A stretch of DNA of 54,940 nt. Origin: a virus (lineage: Duplodnaviria; Caudoviricetes). The stretch lies in the IMG/VR virus record IMGVR_UViG_3300049846_002234, positions 1 through 54,940 of that record. One strand, given 5' to 3'. The stretch's first letter is position 1; every line of letters begins with the position of its first letter. Below are positions 17,879 to 27,412 of the stretch, in pieces. The notes beneath the pieces are model-generated. The model was not told the DNA's origin. It saw only the letters and a program-made list of their open reading frames with translations, and did not search any database. A program made the translations under genes and the position numbers.

Positions 17879-19546
17879 ATGCGGAAGTCCCTGGTGCTGC
17901 TGACCCTGTTGAGCTGTCTGTGCCTGCCGGAAGGGGCGGTAGCGCAGACGCCCAATCTGCCTCGGATCACCGATGCGCCGGTGTATCTCGGCTCGTTCGC
18001 GGTGCCGTTGGTGGATCGGCAGAGTGTCGCGCTCGACTACGGAGGGTACGCGCTCGGCATGGGGGCGGATGGCACCTCGCTCTACATCGGCTGCCACGAC
18101 TACACCGATCAGCTCGCCCGGGTGAGCATCCCGGCGATCGGCGGCGTAGCGACGATTCTCGAGGACTGCACCACGATCCCCAACGTGCAGGAGATCGTCC
18201 CGGGAACCAACAAAGCCGTCCTCGCCAACGGGCTGCAGCTCGGGGGCACGCTCATCTGGAACAACCGGGTCATCGTCACGGCCTTCACCAACTACGACAA
18301 CGCGGCAGACGGCCCAGGAGGGATGCAGCTCTCCCACTTCGGCGGGTCCACCATCGCCACACTCGCCGGGCCTCGCAAGGTGTCGGACTCGGTGAACACG
18401 CCCGTCGGCATGACGGGCGGCTACATGGGGATCGTCCCGCCCGAGTGGCGGACGGCTGTGGGTGGCCCGGCGCTCACTGGCCTGTGCTGCATCAGCATCC
18501 TCTCCCGTACCAGCTATGGGCCGAGTGCTCATGCCTTCGATCCCGATCTGGTGGTAGCGGGTTCTGGTCTGGTGCCGTCGGTGGCGCTGGTCGGCTACCC
18601 CGATGCCCACCAGACCCTCGGCGCCTACGACGCAGACAATCCGTACTACAACAGCGCCTGGAGTGTCGGTGGTGTGGCCTGGCCGAACAACACCAAGTCG
18701 GTGTACTTCGTCGCCAACGCCCCCAAGGGACCGTACTGCTACGGCGTCGGCGACCCCGTGCAGGCCAACCACAACGTGGTCATCAATGGTGAGCTGCACT
18801 GTTACGACCCCCTCAACAGCAACAAGGGACCACACGGGTACCCGTACGGGCCTGTGCTCCTCGAGTATGACGCGACCGATTTTGCAGCGGCCAAGGCGGG
18901 AACCAAGCAGTACTGGCAAGTCGTGCCTGTCGCCAAGATCGATCTTCCAGGAGGGGTGACGGCGGCACGTATCACCAGCGCCACCTTCAACCCGACCACG
19001 GGGGAGATCTGGGCGACGTTCTTCTACAACAACCTGCCGAGAGTGCATGGCTGGCGTGTTGGAAGCGTGGTGGCCCCGCCGCCGCCCGTGTCCCCCACAG
19101 GAACGCTCACCGCGACGCCTTCCACCGTATCTGCCGGCCAGTCCTTCAGCCTGACCTGGACAACGGCCAACGCAACGACGGCGGCGATCGACAAAGGGGT
19201 AGGAGCGTTGACGCCCGTCGCGGGAGGGTCGAAGACGCTGGTGAGCCCGAACGCGACGACCACCTACACACTCACGGCGACAGGCGCGGGTGGGACGGCG
19301 GTCGTCAGAACGACCGTGGAGGTGACGGGGGCATCCGCGAGTACGTGCGTCTCCGACCCCCTCTCGGTTTCCGTCACAGCCTGGCCGGGTATCGGCGAGG
19401 GGAGTCGTACCGGGAGCTTCACCTGGAGTGTCGCTGGGGCGACGGTGACGTGGAAAGAGTACCGCTTCGTTGTGGCGAACGGACGAGCTAACAGCTTCGT
19501 ATTGACAGACTCTCGTGGGTGTACCACGACGGTGTTCAGACCGTAA
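17879..19546 (+). CDS. Signal-peptide protein: beta-propeller-like domain plus Ig-like domain
   Basis: ATG 17879 after GGAGGAG; MRKSLVLLTLLSCLCLPEGAVA|Q; Ig unit PTGTLTATPSTV...TTYTLTATGAGG. Confidence 0.75.
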   Translation: MRKSLVLLTLLSCLCLPEGAVAQTPNLPRITDAPVYLGSFAVPLVDRQSVALDYGGYALGMGADGTSLYIGCHDYTDQLARVSIPAIGGVATILEDCTTIPNVQEIVPGTNKAVLANGLQLGGTLIWNNRVIVTAFTNYDNAADGPGGMQLSHFGGSTIATLAGPRKVSDSVNTPVGMTGGYMGIVPPEWRTAVGGPALTGLCCISILSRTSYGPSAHAFDPDLVVAGSGLVPSVALVGYPDAHQTLGAYDADNPYYNSAWSVGGVAWPNNTKSVYFVANAPKGPYCYGVGDPVQANHNVVINGELHCYDPLNSNKGPHGYPYGPVLLEYDATDFAAAKAGTKQYWQVVPVAKIDLPGGVTAARITSATFNPTTGEIWATFFYNNLPRVHGWRVGSVVAPPPPVSPTGTLTATPSTVSAGQSFSLTWTTANATTAAIDKGVGALTPVAGGSKTLVSPNATTTYTLTATGAGGTAVVRTTVEVTGASASTCVSDPLSVSVTAWPGIGEGSRTGSFTWSVAGATVTWKEYRFVVANGRANSFVLTDSRGCTTTVFRP

Positions 19547-19559
19547 GAGGAACCCTCCG

Positions 19560-22229
19560 ATGCGGAAACTGGTCCTTGTACTCGCTATTCTCGCGCTGGC
19601 CACCTCGGTATCGGCGCAGCCGATCACCACGGCGGCGAACGCGGCGTTCGGCGTCGTGTCGACCACCTACGACGCGAGCGCCACCAGCATCGTGCTCTCG
19701 TCGGGACATGGCGCGCGGTTCGGCTCGACGTTCCCCGTCCGGGCGGTCTGGTACAACGCGACCGACTACCCGGGCGGGGTGGACTCGACGGGCACGGTCG
19801 ACCCGAACATCGAGTGGATCGAGATCACGGCGCGGGCGACCGATACGCTGACCGTGACGCGCGCCATCGAAGGACCGGCGGCGTCGACCAAGAACACGGG
19901 CGGCAAGACCTACTGGATCGTCGCCGTGCCCGTGACGGCCGCGAGCTGGAACGCCGTGCTCGCCTCGCTCGGGGCCAGCCCGCAGGCGCTGAAAACCACC
20001 TCGTCGCCCACGTTCGGCGGCTTGACCGTCGACACCGACACGTTCTGCGTCGACGCGACCAACAACCGACTCGGCATTGGGACGTGCGCGCCAGACTTCG
20101 CGGTCCACGCAATCGCCAACGCCACTAACATTTGGGCCTTCGACACCTACAGCAGCAATTCGGCGTTCCGCTTCCGCAGCGGCAACGGCACCAGTTCAGC
20201 TATCACCCGCAAGGCGAGCAGCGAAGGGCTCGGCGCGTTGCAGTGGTGGGGCGCGGCGAAGGATGACGGGCTGTCAGGTGCCACGTTCATCACCGGCAAC
20301 GCCACGCTACGCGTGATGACCCGTGAAGCATTCACGACGACCGGGCGCGGCACGCAATTCGAGTTCCAGCCGACCGCCGTCGGCAGCACCTCCGTCGCGA
20401 CGGCCGCGACGCTCAGCAGCGATGCGCTCGGATTGGCAGCGGGTGTCGACCTGACGCTCGCGGCCGGAAGCGAAGTGCAGCACGCCTCCGAGTACGTGTC
20501 GCGCGGCACCACAGGCTTTACCCTCTATCCGGGCGGAACCAGCACGAATAACACGGACCATCAGATCCGTTGGAGCGGTGCGAACAACGCCGGCGGCGGC
20601 ACGACCAGTAACCAGATTATTCAACTGTTCCGTAATCGCATCGATGGGAGCACGAACTACTTCAACCCCGTGATCCGGTGGGCACCTACAGATGGCACCA
20701 ACAATGGCGCCGACGTAGGGGAGTTTGGCGTCGAGGGAAACTGGACGAACGCCGGCGGCTACACGCTGCGCCGGATCTACCTCTGGGACTTCGTGAGAAA
20801 CAGCGGTGCGGGCGGCACGATCTGGCGCTGGGAAGACAGCCAGCCGGGGCAGTTCAACATCGGCGGCGATGACCTGGACATGAACCTGCACGTCGACCAG
20901 GGGCACTACATCGCCAAGAGCTATTCCAACACGGCGGGCACGGGCACGAGCGTCGACCTGTATCGCTTCCGCAACGCGATTGCGAGCGACCCCGATCGGG
21001 CGCGAAGCGGCGACGTGCTCGGGCGCGTGCGTGCGTTCGGCGGCGAGGGCGCGACCGACACCGCCACCGCGACGACGCCGACCGCCGCTTCGGCCGAACT
21101 GCGGTTCGACGCGGCGGCGAGCCACACCACATCGGACCATGCCGCGCAGACGGTGATCGCCACGGCGGGCAGCGGCTCGACGACCCTGACCGACCGCTTC
21201 AAGGTCGATTACACAGGGACGCAGATTTTGGAGTCGCTCTCGCTGAGCGGCGACAACCAGCCCGCGCAAATCGCGGCCAACACGAACGACTACGCCATCA
21301 GCAGCACGGCGGCGGTCACGGTGGTCGACGCCGACCAAATCCGCACGATCACCGGCATGACGGGCGGCATCGACGGGCGCCAGCACACGATCATCAACGA
21401 CGGCGCGTCCGACTCGGTGATCATCCTGCGCCACGACGACACGGGCAGCACGGCGGCGAACCGCTTCACGATGCCGAACGACGTGGTGCTCGAGCCCGGC
21501 CAGCCCGCGACGTTCTGGTACAACTCCACGGCCTCGCGCTGGCAACTGCTCGCCACGCCCTCGAACAACCGCACGGTCTACCTGCCGTTCGAGGACAACG
21601 ACCTGCTCAACACGGCCAGCGCCGACACGAAGGAGGCGACGGAGACGTGGAACTACGCCGTGATCTCCTCGGGCACGCAGGCGAAGGTCGCGGCGGACGG
21701 GACGCACCGGGGCATCCTCCGCACGCTGAGCAGCACCACGACCAACAGCGGCGGCGTCATGAACACGGCGGTCGACTCGTTCCGCCTCGCGGGCGGCGAG
21801 TACACCGAGTTCGTGTTCAACGTCGACACCACGACGAACACGACGATCCGCATGGGCTTCCTCGACACGGCCACCTCGGCGGATGCGACCGATGGGGCGT
21901 ACATCGAGATTCCCGCGAGCACGGCCCCGACCTGCAAGACGGCGAACAACAGCACCCGCACGACCAGCGCGACCATCGCCACGATTGCGACGGCGACGTG
22001 GTATCGGGCGCGCATCGAGGTCGACAACACGGCAGCGAACGTGACCTGCACGATCTTCGACGCCAACGGCAACAGCCTCGGCAGTCAGACCAACAGCGCC
22101 AACATCCCCACGGCGGCGGGGAGGGAGACCGGCCACGGCTACGTCGCCACCAACAGCGGCACGACCGCCGTGAACCTGATCCAGATGGACTACATGAGCG
22201 TCGGCACGCGCCGCGCCATCATCCGGTAG
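19560..22229 (+). CDS. Tail fibre-like protein with N-terminal signal peptide
   Basis: ATG 19560 after GAGG; MRKLVLVLAILALATSVSA|Q; DTLTVTRAIEG, SSPTFGGLTVDTDT..VDATNNRLGIGT fibre motifs; C-terminal lectin-like domain. Confidence 0.8.
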   Translation: MRKLVLVLAILALATSVSAQPITTAANAAFGVVSTTYDASATSIVLSSGHGARFGSTFPVRAVWYNATDYPGGVDSTGTVDPNIEWIEITARATDTLTVTRAIEGPAASTKNTGGKTYWIVAVPVTAASWNAVLASLGASPQALKTTSSPTFGGLTVDTDTFCVDATNNRLGIGTCAPDFAVHAIANATNIWAFDTYSSNSAFRFRSGNGTSSAITRKASSEGLGALQWWGAAKDDGLSGATFITGNATLRVMTREAFTTTGRGTQFEFQPTAVGSTSVATAATLSSDALGLAAGVDLTLAAGSEVQHASEYVSRGTTGFTLYPGGTSTNNTDHQIRWSGANNAGGGTTSNQIIQLFRNRIDGSTNYFNPVIRWAPTDGTNNGADVGEFGVEGNWTNAGGYTLRRIYLWDFVRNSGAGGTIWRWEDSQPGQFNIGGDDLDMNLHVDQGHYIAKSYSNTAGTGTSVDLYRFRNAIASDPDRARSGDVLGRVRAFGGEGATDTATATTPTAASAELRFDAAASHTTSDHAAQTVIATAGSGSTTLTDRFKVDYTGTQILESLSLSGDNQPAQIAANTNDYAISSTAAVTVVDADQIRTITGMTGGIDGRQHTIINDGASDSVIILRHDDTGSTAANRFTMPNDVVLEPGQPATFWYNSTASRWQLLATPSNNRTVYLPFEDNDLLNTASADTKEATETWNYAVISSGTQAKVAADGTHRGILRTLSSTTTNSGGVMNTAVDSFRLAGGEYTEFVFNVDTTTNTTIRMGFLDTATSADATDGAYIEIPASTAPTCKTANNSTRTTSATIATIATATWYRARIEVDNTAANVTCTIFDANGNSLGSQTNSANIPTAAGRETGHGYVATNSGTTAVNLIQMDYMSVGTRRAIIR

Positions 22230-22233
22230 CACG

Positions 22234-23337
22234 ATGACCTTCCCTGGCGGCCTCACTCCGGGCGGGCTTCCGTGGGGCGGCGTTGCGGCTGACGCCCCAC
22301 CGGCAGGTCCAGATCCGTTTGCGGGGGCTGTCTGGGCACTCCCCGTGGGGATGCCGTGGCGGCTGCCCCCGACCATCACCAATGCCGCCATCCTGGCAGA
22401 CGCCACCCTTCCAACGGCTGGGGTATCTGCGCTGCCCCCCGCGCGTGTCGCCGCTCCCCGTGTAGACTGGCTGGCCTCGCCTGGCCTGCCGATCCTCTCG
22501 CCGTTCCTCGAGGACGCGCCCGTGCGTCCTGGGGGGCAGCCTCGGCTCCCGAACAGCCCTGTGGCGGCTGGGGCGTTCCTCCTGGCCGGCAACGCCCTGC
22601 TGGCGTCCCCGGAGATGCCGGTGGCCCTGGCCAGCCAGCCTCCCATCCGCGCTGGGTATCAGCGGCGCGTCGATGTCGGGGGAGCCAGCCCCGTCCTCCT
22701 TGCCACGCCTACCTTCCCGGCGGGCGTGCAGACTACGCCGCTCCCCCAGCGCCTCCCCATCAACGGGCCTGTGGCGCTGGACTTCTGGTGGGGAACCAAC
22801 GCGCCTGCGGTTGAGCTCCCGGCAGGTCGGCAGGCGGTACTCATCCCCCAGCGGTTGTTCGTGCCGGATGCGACACGGGTTGGGACGATTCTCCCCATCT
22901 TCGGCGAACCGCCGCCGCCCGGCGCCGCACTCCTGGCGTTGGTGCGCCCTGTCGTGCTGGGGGTGCCGCCGTCGCGTGTTGACACCCTGCTGCTCCTCAC
23001 GACGGTGGCAGACATGCCCGTCGGGGGGCGTGGGGCCACACGCCCAGGACGGCTGCCAGACCGCCCGATGGCGACCGCACAGGCGTGGCTGCAGTACCTT
23101 CCCTCGCCAGCCACGACGATGCCTCCGGGGCAGACCTACGCCCCCCGACCGCCTGCCGCACGTTGGACGGCGCCGGTATCCCCGTACCTGGCGGCCTACG
23201 TACTCTCGGTGCCCCCCGCCCCCTTCGACGGGGCGCTCATGTGGCAATTCCAGGACGGGCCGACGGTGTACACTTTCGGCGGGCCAGACGGCACCACCTG
23301 GGTGTTCGCCGCCGACATCACGACGTGGGAGTGGTAA
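22234..23337 (+). CDS. Pro-rich protein with degenerate ~35-aa repeats
   Basis: Recurring hydrophobic-P-x-G anchors (LPTAG, FPAG, LPAG, MPVG, MPPG). Confidence 0.65.
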   Translation: MTFPGGLTPGGLPWGGVAADAPPAGPDPFAGAVWALPVGMPWRLPPTITNAAILADATLPTAGVSALPPARVAAPRVDWLASPGLPILSPFLEDAPVRPGGQPRLPNSPVAAGAFLLAGNALLASPEMPVALASQPPIRAGYQRRVDVGGASPVLLATPTFPAGVQTTPLPQRLPINGPVALDFWWGTNAPAVELPAGRQAVLIPQRLFVPDATRVGTILPIFGEPPPPGAALLALVRPVVLGVPPSRVDTLLLLTTVADMPVGGRGATRPGRLPDRPMATAQAWLQYLPSPATTMPPGQTYAPRPPAARWTAPVSPYLAAYVLSVPPAPFDGALMWQFQDGPTVYTFGGPDGTTWVFAADITTWEW

Positions 23338-23340
23338 GCC

Positions 23341-23664
23341 ATGTTGGTCAACCAGAACGTCACGCCGAAGCAGCCCGGGGAGTCGCGGAAGTACGGCGGC
23401 GACTGGCGGCCGGCGCTCGCCCGCTTCCCAGGGGTCACCATCGTCGGGTCGGCGTGGAGTCTCGTTCCTGGGAGTGACGGAGCGCTCACCCTCGGGACTG
23501 CCGCCATCAATGGGGCAGGGGATCAGACCAGCGTGCTTCTCGGTGGGGGGACGGCAGGCGTCGTCTATACCCTGAAGAACAGCGTTACCTTGTCGGACGG
23601 CCAGATCCTGTACGGGTACGGCGTCCTCGAAGTCGCCTCAGAAGAGGCTATGTTGCGCGTCTGA
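23341..23664 (+). CDS. Phage fibre-tail adaptor-like protein
   Basis: KQPGE.RKY..DW...L...TI..SAW...LGGGTAGVVY.LKN.VT.SDG family pattern. Confidence 0.7.
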   Translation: MLVNQNVTPKQPGESRKYGGDWRPALARFPGVTIVGSAWSLVPGSDGALTLGTAAINGAGDQTSVLLGGGTAGVVYTLKNSVTLSDGQILYGYGVLEVASEEAMLRV

Positions 23665-23680
23665 GCGCCCGGAGATCGTC

Positions 23681-24124
23681 ATGAGCCAGTTGGGTCGCCT
23701 CCACCGGATCGCCACCAACCCTGCCACGCAGTTCATCAGCGCCATCGCGCAGAACGCGGGGGAGTACCTCGGGCTCTCCGCCACGGAGCTCGGCATCACC
23801 GCCAAGGGGCGCGTGGCGCGGGTGGTCCTCCGCACCATCGAGAACAAGGATTGGGAGGTGTACTTCTACGCCACCTCGGCCAACAACACCGCCCTCCCCA
23901 GCACCAACAAGTACCTCGGCCGGTGCGCCTTCGTGGCCGCCGACGGCAAGCAGATCGCGGCGACCGGGCCGTACCTCTACGACAAGGCGTGTGACGTGCC
24001 GGTCGAGGATGCGGGGGGCGCGAGCAAGATCCACGTCGTGCTGGTGAATCGTGGGACGCTCACCACCGCCGGCGCCGATCGCATCGGCCTCGAGCTCCAC
24101 GTCGACCCCACGCACGGAGACTGA
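23681..24124 (+). CDS. Hypothetical virion-type beta protein
   Basis: GGAG RBS, GC3 bias, fibre module. Confidence 0.7.
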   Translation: MSQLGRLHRIATNPATQFISAIAQNAGEYLGLSATELGITAKGRVARVVLRTIENKDWEVYFYATSANNTALPSTNKYLGRCAFVAADGKQIAATGPYLYDKACDVPVEDAGGASKIHVVLVNRGTLTTAGADRIGLELHVDPTHGD

Positions 24125-24125
24125 T

Positions 24126-26405
24126 ATGCGTCGCTGGCTCTCCCTTCTCGTCCTCCTCGCCGTCGGGGCGCTCGCGTACCCGTCCGCGCAGACGCTCAGC
24201 TCGCAGGTACTGCAGCTCCTCATCCGCACCAACGTGTGGACGGGGAGACAGACCTTCAACGACCTGCGCCTGCCCGACGCCTCGCCAGCCGATACCAGCG
24301 CGCGGTTGTACCAGATCGGCGGCTCGCTGTACTGGAACGGTGGGGCGGTCGCTGGCGGCGGTGGCGGGCCGGCGCTGCACACCCTGCTGGGGTCGAGCCA
24401 CACCGACACCACCTCTGCCACCGTGGTGCGTGGTGCTCTCATCACCGGGCAGGGCGGAACCCCTACGTGGTCGATGCTTACCCTGGGCAGCGCGGGAACG
24501 ATGTTGCGGAGCGATGGCACCGATGTCGCCTGGGGCACCGACGCGAGCGCCCTCACGGCCCTCAACGCCACGCAGCTCACCTCCGGGACGGTCCCGCTCG
24601 CCCGCCTGAGCGGCATCACCAACACGGAGATCGCGGGCGGCGCGGCGATCGCCTGGACCAAGTTGGACAAGACGGGGAGCAGTCTGGCGGATCTGACGAC
24701 GCGATCGGCGACGGACCTGACGACGGGCACCCTCGCTGATGCCCGCCTGTCCGCCAATGTGAGCCTCTTCGGGGCGGCGGTCGACAACGCGGAGATCACG
24801 GCGGCGACGATCACCTTCGCCAAGTGGGCGAGCAACGCCTGCACGGCTGGGCAGTACCCGCAGTACGACGGCGCCAACTGGATCTGCAGCACGGTGACGC
24901 CGGGGTCGGGCACGGTCACGAGTGTCGGACTGACCATGCCGGCGATCTTCTCGGTGACGGGATCGCCGGTGACGGGAAGTGGGACGCTGGCGGCGACGCT
25001 GGCGAACCAGAGCGCCAACCTGGTGTGGGCGGGCCCGAGCACGGGGGCGGCGGCCGCGCCGACCTTCCGCAGCCTGGTGTACGCGGATCTCCCCACGAGC
25101 GCGGCGACGGCTGGGACGTACCCCAAGGTGACGATCAACGCCCAGGGGATCGTCACCGGCACCGCCAACCAGATCACCCTCACCACCGACGTGACGGGGG
25201 TGCTCCCCTTGGCGAACGGTGGGACGGGGCTGAACGCGGCGAGCGACGATTCCGTGCTGCTCAGCAACGGCACCACGTGGGCGGCGGTGGCGGTGAACAA
25301 CTGCACGGCCGGGCTCACCTACACGACGGCGACCAACACCTTCGGGTGCGTGGCCTCGGTGGCGAGCCATGCGCTGCTCTCAGGGAGTCACAGCGATACC
25401 CTGGCCGCGAGCGTGGTGCGAGGGGATCTGATCATCGGGAGCAGCACGCCGCAGTGGGTGCGGCTGGCTGTGGGCGCCAACCCCAGCGTGCTCTACAGCA
25501 ACGGCAGCGACCCGGCGTGGAAGAAGTACGAGATCCTGCTCTCTGGCACGATCACACAGGCAGATGGCTCTGTAACTTCACAGCCGTCCGGATGGTACAA
25601 CGTCGATCCCAGCAACTTCTTTCTGCACTTCGGTACGGTGCAGAACATGTCCGCGTACATCGCCGGCACGACGGGGCGCTATACGACAGGCACGTCGATC
25701 CTTGGTGCCGCCTTGCACGTATCCGCGCAGGGTGGGCCGGCGACGGGAGATGAGTGGTACGGATCGGCCGTGTTGGCGAGCCCGCAGTTGCAGGCAGGCA
25801 CCTCAGGCACGCACTCGATCATCGCGGCGATGGCGACGAGCTTCCAGGTAGCGTCGTGGGGCTCCGGCACTGGCACAGTCACCAACACCGCTGGGTACTA
25901 CTACACCCAGGGTGCGATCACGCCGTCAGTCACAGGGAAGAAGTACTCCTTCTTCGCCGACGACGGCGTGGCGCGATTTGACGATGGGGTTGAGGAACGC
26001 GGCCGCACCACCCTCATGGGCGAGTGGGCTTCCCCCTCCTACTCAGCCGGGAGCTACACCGCCAACGGGGCGATGACGTGGACGGTCGACAGCGGCGATG
26101 TCTCCGCGTTCAACTACACGGAAATCGGCCTGACACAGACGATCAGCCTGATCTTGTCAACGACCACGGTTGGAGGTACCCCCAATACCGAGCTGCGGGT
26201 GGCCATCCCCAACAGCCGCACGGCGGCCCGTACGACCGTGGGGACGTGTGTCGGCCTCGACAACAGCGTGAACTTCCAGGGCTTCTGGCAGGCCACGGCA
26301 GGCAACGCCTACGTGTCGATCTACAACGACCCCTCCGCCGGTACCAACTGGACGGCGGCGACCAACACGACGCAGATCCGGTGCGACATCACGGTGTCCT
26401 TCTAG
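24126..26405 (+). CDS. Tail fibre-like protein with N-terminal signal peptide
   Basis: ATG 24126 after GGAG; MRRWLSLLVLLAVGALAYPSA|Q; GTVTSVGL..P..FSVTGSPVT.SGTL, AGP..GAAAAPTFRSLV, LPLANGGTG fibre repeats. Confidence 0.82.
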   Translation: MRRWLSLLVLLAVGALAYPSAQTLSSQVLQLLIRTNVWTGRQTFNDLRLPDASPADTSARLYQIGGSLYWNGGAVAGGGGGPALHTLLGSSHTDTTSATVVRGALITGQGGTPTWSMLTLGSAGTMLRSDGTDVAWGTDASALTALNATQLTSGTVPLARLSGITNTEIAGGAAIAWTKLDKTGSSLADLTTRSATDLTTGTLADARLSANVSLFGAAVDNAEITAATITFAKWASNACTAGQYPQYDGANWICSTVTPGSGTVTSVGLTMPAIFSVTGSPVTGSGTLAATLANQSANLVWAGPSTGAAAAPTFRSLVYADLPTSAATAGTYPKVTINAQGIVTGTANQITLTTDVTGVLPLANGGTGLNAASDDSVLLSNGTTWAAVAVNNCTAGLTYTTATNTFGCVASVASHALLSGSHSDTLAASVVRGDLIIGSSTPQWVRLAVGANPSVLYSNGSDPAWKKYEILLSGTITQADGSVTSQPSGWYNVDPSNFFLHFGTVQNMSAYIAGTTGRYTTGTSILGAALHVSAQGGPATGDEWYGSAVLASPQLQAGTSGTHSIIAAMATSFQVASWGSGTGTVTNTAGYYYTQGAITPSVTGKKYSFFADDGVARFDDGVEERGRTTLMGEWASPSYSAGSYTANGAMTWTVDSGDVSAFNYTEIGLTQTISLILSTTTVGGTPNTELRVAIPNSRTAARTTVGTCVGLDNSVNFQGFWQATAGNAYVSIYNDPSAGTNWTAATNTTQIRCDITVSF
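24378..25520 (+). repeat. Duplicated ~52-aa H-x-L-L-x-x-S-H-x-D module in fibre
   Basis: HTLLGSSHTDT..VVRGALI..W..L..G...LRSDGTDVAW (from 24378) and HALLSGSHSDT..VVRGDLI..W..L..G...LYSNGSDPAW (from 25368). Confidence 0.8.
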
Positions 26406-26407
26406 GG

Positions 26408-26413
26408 TAGAAT
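26408..26413 (+). promoter_or_regulatory. TAGAAT -10 of probable leaderless gene (copy 3)
   Basis: TAGAAT-6 nt-ATG(26420), no SD. Confidence 0.55.
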
Positions 26414-26419
26414 CCGCCC

Positions 26420-26692
26420 ATGCGCACCCTGACCCCGCTCCGTCTGTCCGTCCTGATCCTCGTCGCGCTGGTGACCTTCCTCGCCTGCGGCGCCGCCGGC
26501 GCCTGGGCGTACCAGGAGTACACCGCCTACCGGCAGATGCAGACCCTCTTGCCGCAGATGATCAACGTCATCAACGCGCACGAACAGGTGCTGCAGAAGA
26601 TCACGGGGGCGCCAACGATTGCGCCTTCGACGGGTGGTGGAGCGTCGCCGGGCGGCGGACCCGGAGCGGGGGCTCCGCCCCCCGCCAAGTAG
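26420..26692 (+). CDS. N-terminally membrane-anchored small protein
   Basis: Long hydrophobic N-terminus, short helix, Gly/Pro tail. Confidence 0.65.
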   Translation: MRTLTPLRLSVLILVALVTFLACGAAGAWAYQEYTAYRQMQTLLPQMINVINAHEQVLQKITGAPTIAPSTGGGASPGGGPGAGAPPPAK

Positions 26693-26695
26693 GTC

Positions 26696-27412
26696 ATGGC
26701 CTACACCAGCGTCACGCTCGCCGAGCTCGACAAGCGGCTGGTCGAACGGCTGGATCAGCATCCGTACTACACGGTGCAGGATCGCTACGATGCGCTCCGC
26801 ATGGTGCTGAAGATCTGGCAGGCGGCGACGGGGGTGTGGCGTGGGGAAGTCACGGCCACCGCGATTGTGGGCGATCCGTACGTCCCTGTTCCTGGCCTGG
26901 TACAGGTCACGGGGGTACGGTGGGGCGGCGTGCCCCTCTCTCCCACCACCATCCACGAGCTCGACGCGACCCAGCCCAACTGGCGGCTCGAGGTGGCAGG
27001 GGCAGGCGGGCGCCCCGCTACTCCCAAGTACTGGGCTCCGATCGGGCTCACCGCCGTGGCGCTCTGGCCGACGCCGGCCGCGACGACCGCGATCACCTGT
27101 CAAGGACTGGTCCTGCCTCCCGCGCCGGCGCCCGGCGCGCAGCTCGTCACGATCGATGTCGCCGACTTCTGGGTCGATACCTTGGCGGATCTCGCCGCGT
27201 GGTGGGTGACCGGCAAGGCAATGCCGGCTGAGCAGGACAAGTTCCAGCCGCACTTCGCGGCGGCCTTGCAGATGCTGGCGCGTGTACGCGGCACCTCCGA
27301 AGCCTCCAGCCCGTTCCAGGCGCTCCTCGAAGCCCTGGTGGGGAAGACGGCGCGGCCGACCGGACGGGATCTCTCCGCCAGCTCGCCCAACCCGGCTGAG
27401 GGCGCATCGTGA
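26696..27412 (+). CDS. Adaptor-like (tail tubular A type) protein, paralog 2
   Basis: TLAEL N-helix; ELD...PNWR...G.P.YW....ALWPTP pattern. Confidence 0.65.
   Translation: MAYTSVTLAELDKRLVERLDQHPYYTVQDRYDALRMVLKIWQAATGVWRGEVTATAIVGDPYVPVPGLVQVTGVRWGGVPLSPTTIHELDATQPNWRLEVAGAGGRPATPKYWAPIGLTAVALWPTPAATTAITCQGLVLPPAPAPGAQLVTIDVADFWVDTLADLAAWWVTGKAMPAEQDKFQPHFAAALQMLARVRGTSEASSPFQALLEALVGKTARPTGRDLSASSPNPAEGAS

Noticed and set aside
26420-26692. Lipoprotein/o-spanin call from FLAC (and LLSC in 17879)
   Set aside because: Lipoboxes are non-canonical or too close to the start and no nested Rz/Rz1 pair is present; kept only as membrane/secreted proteins
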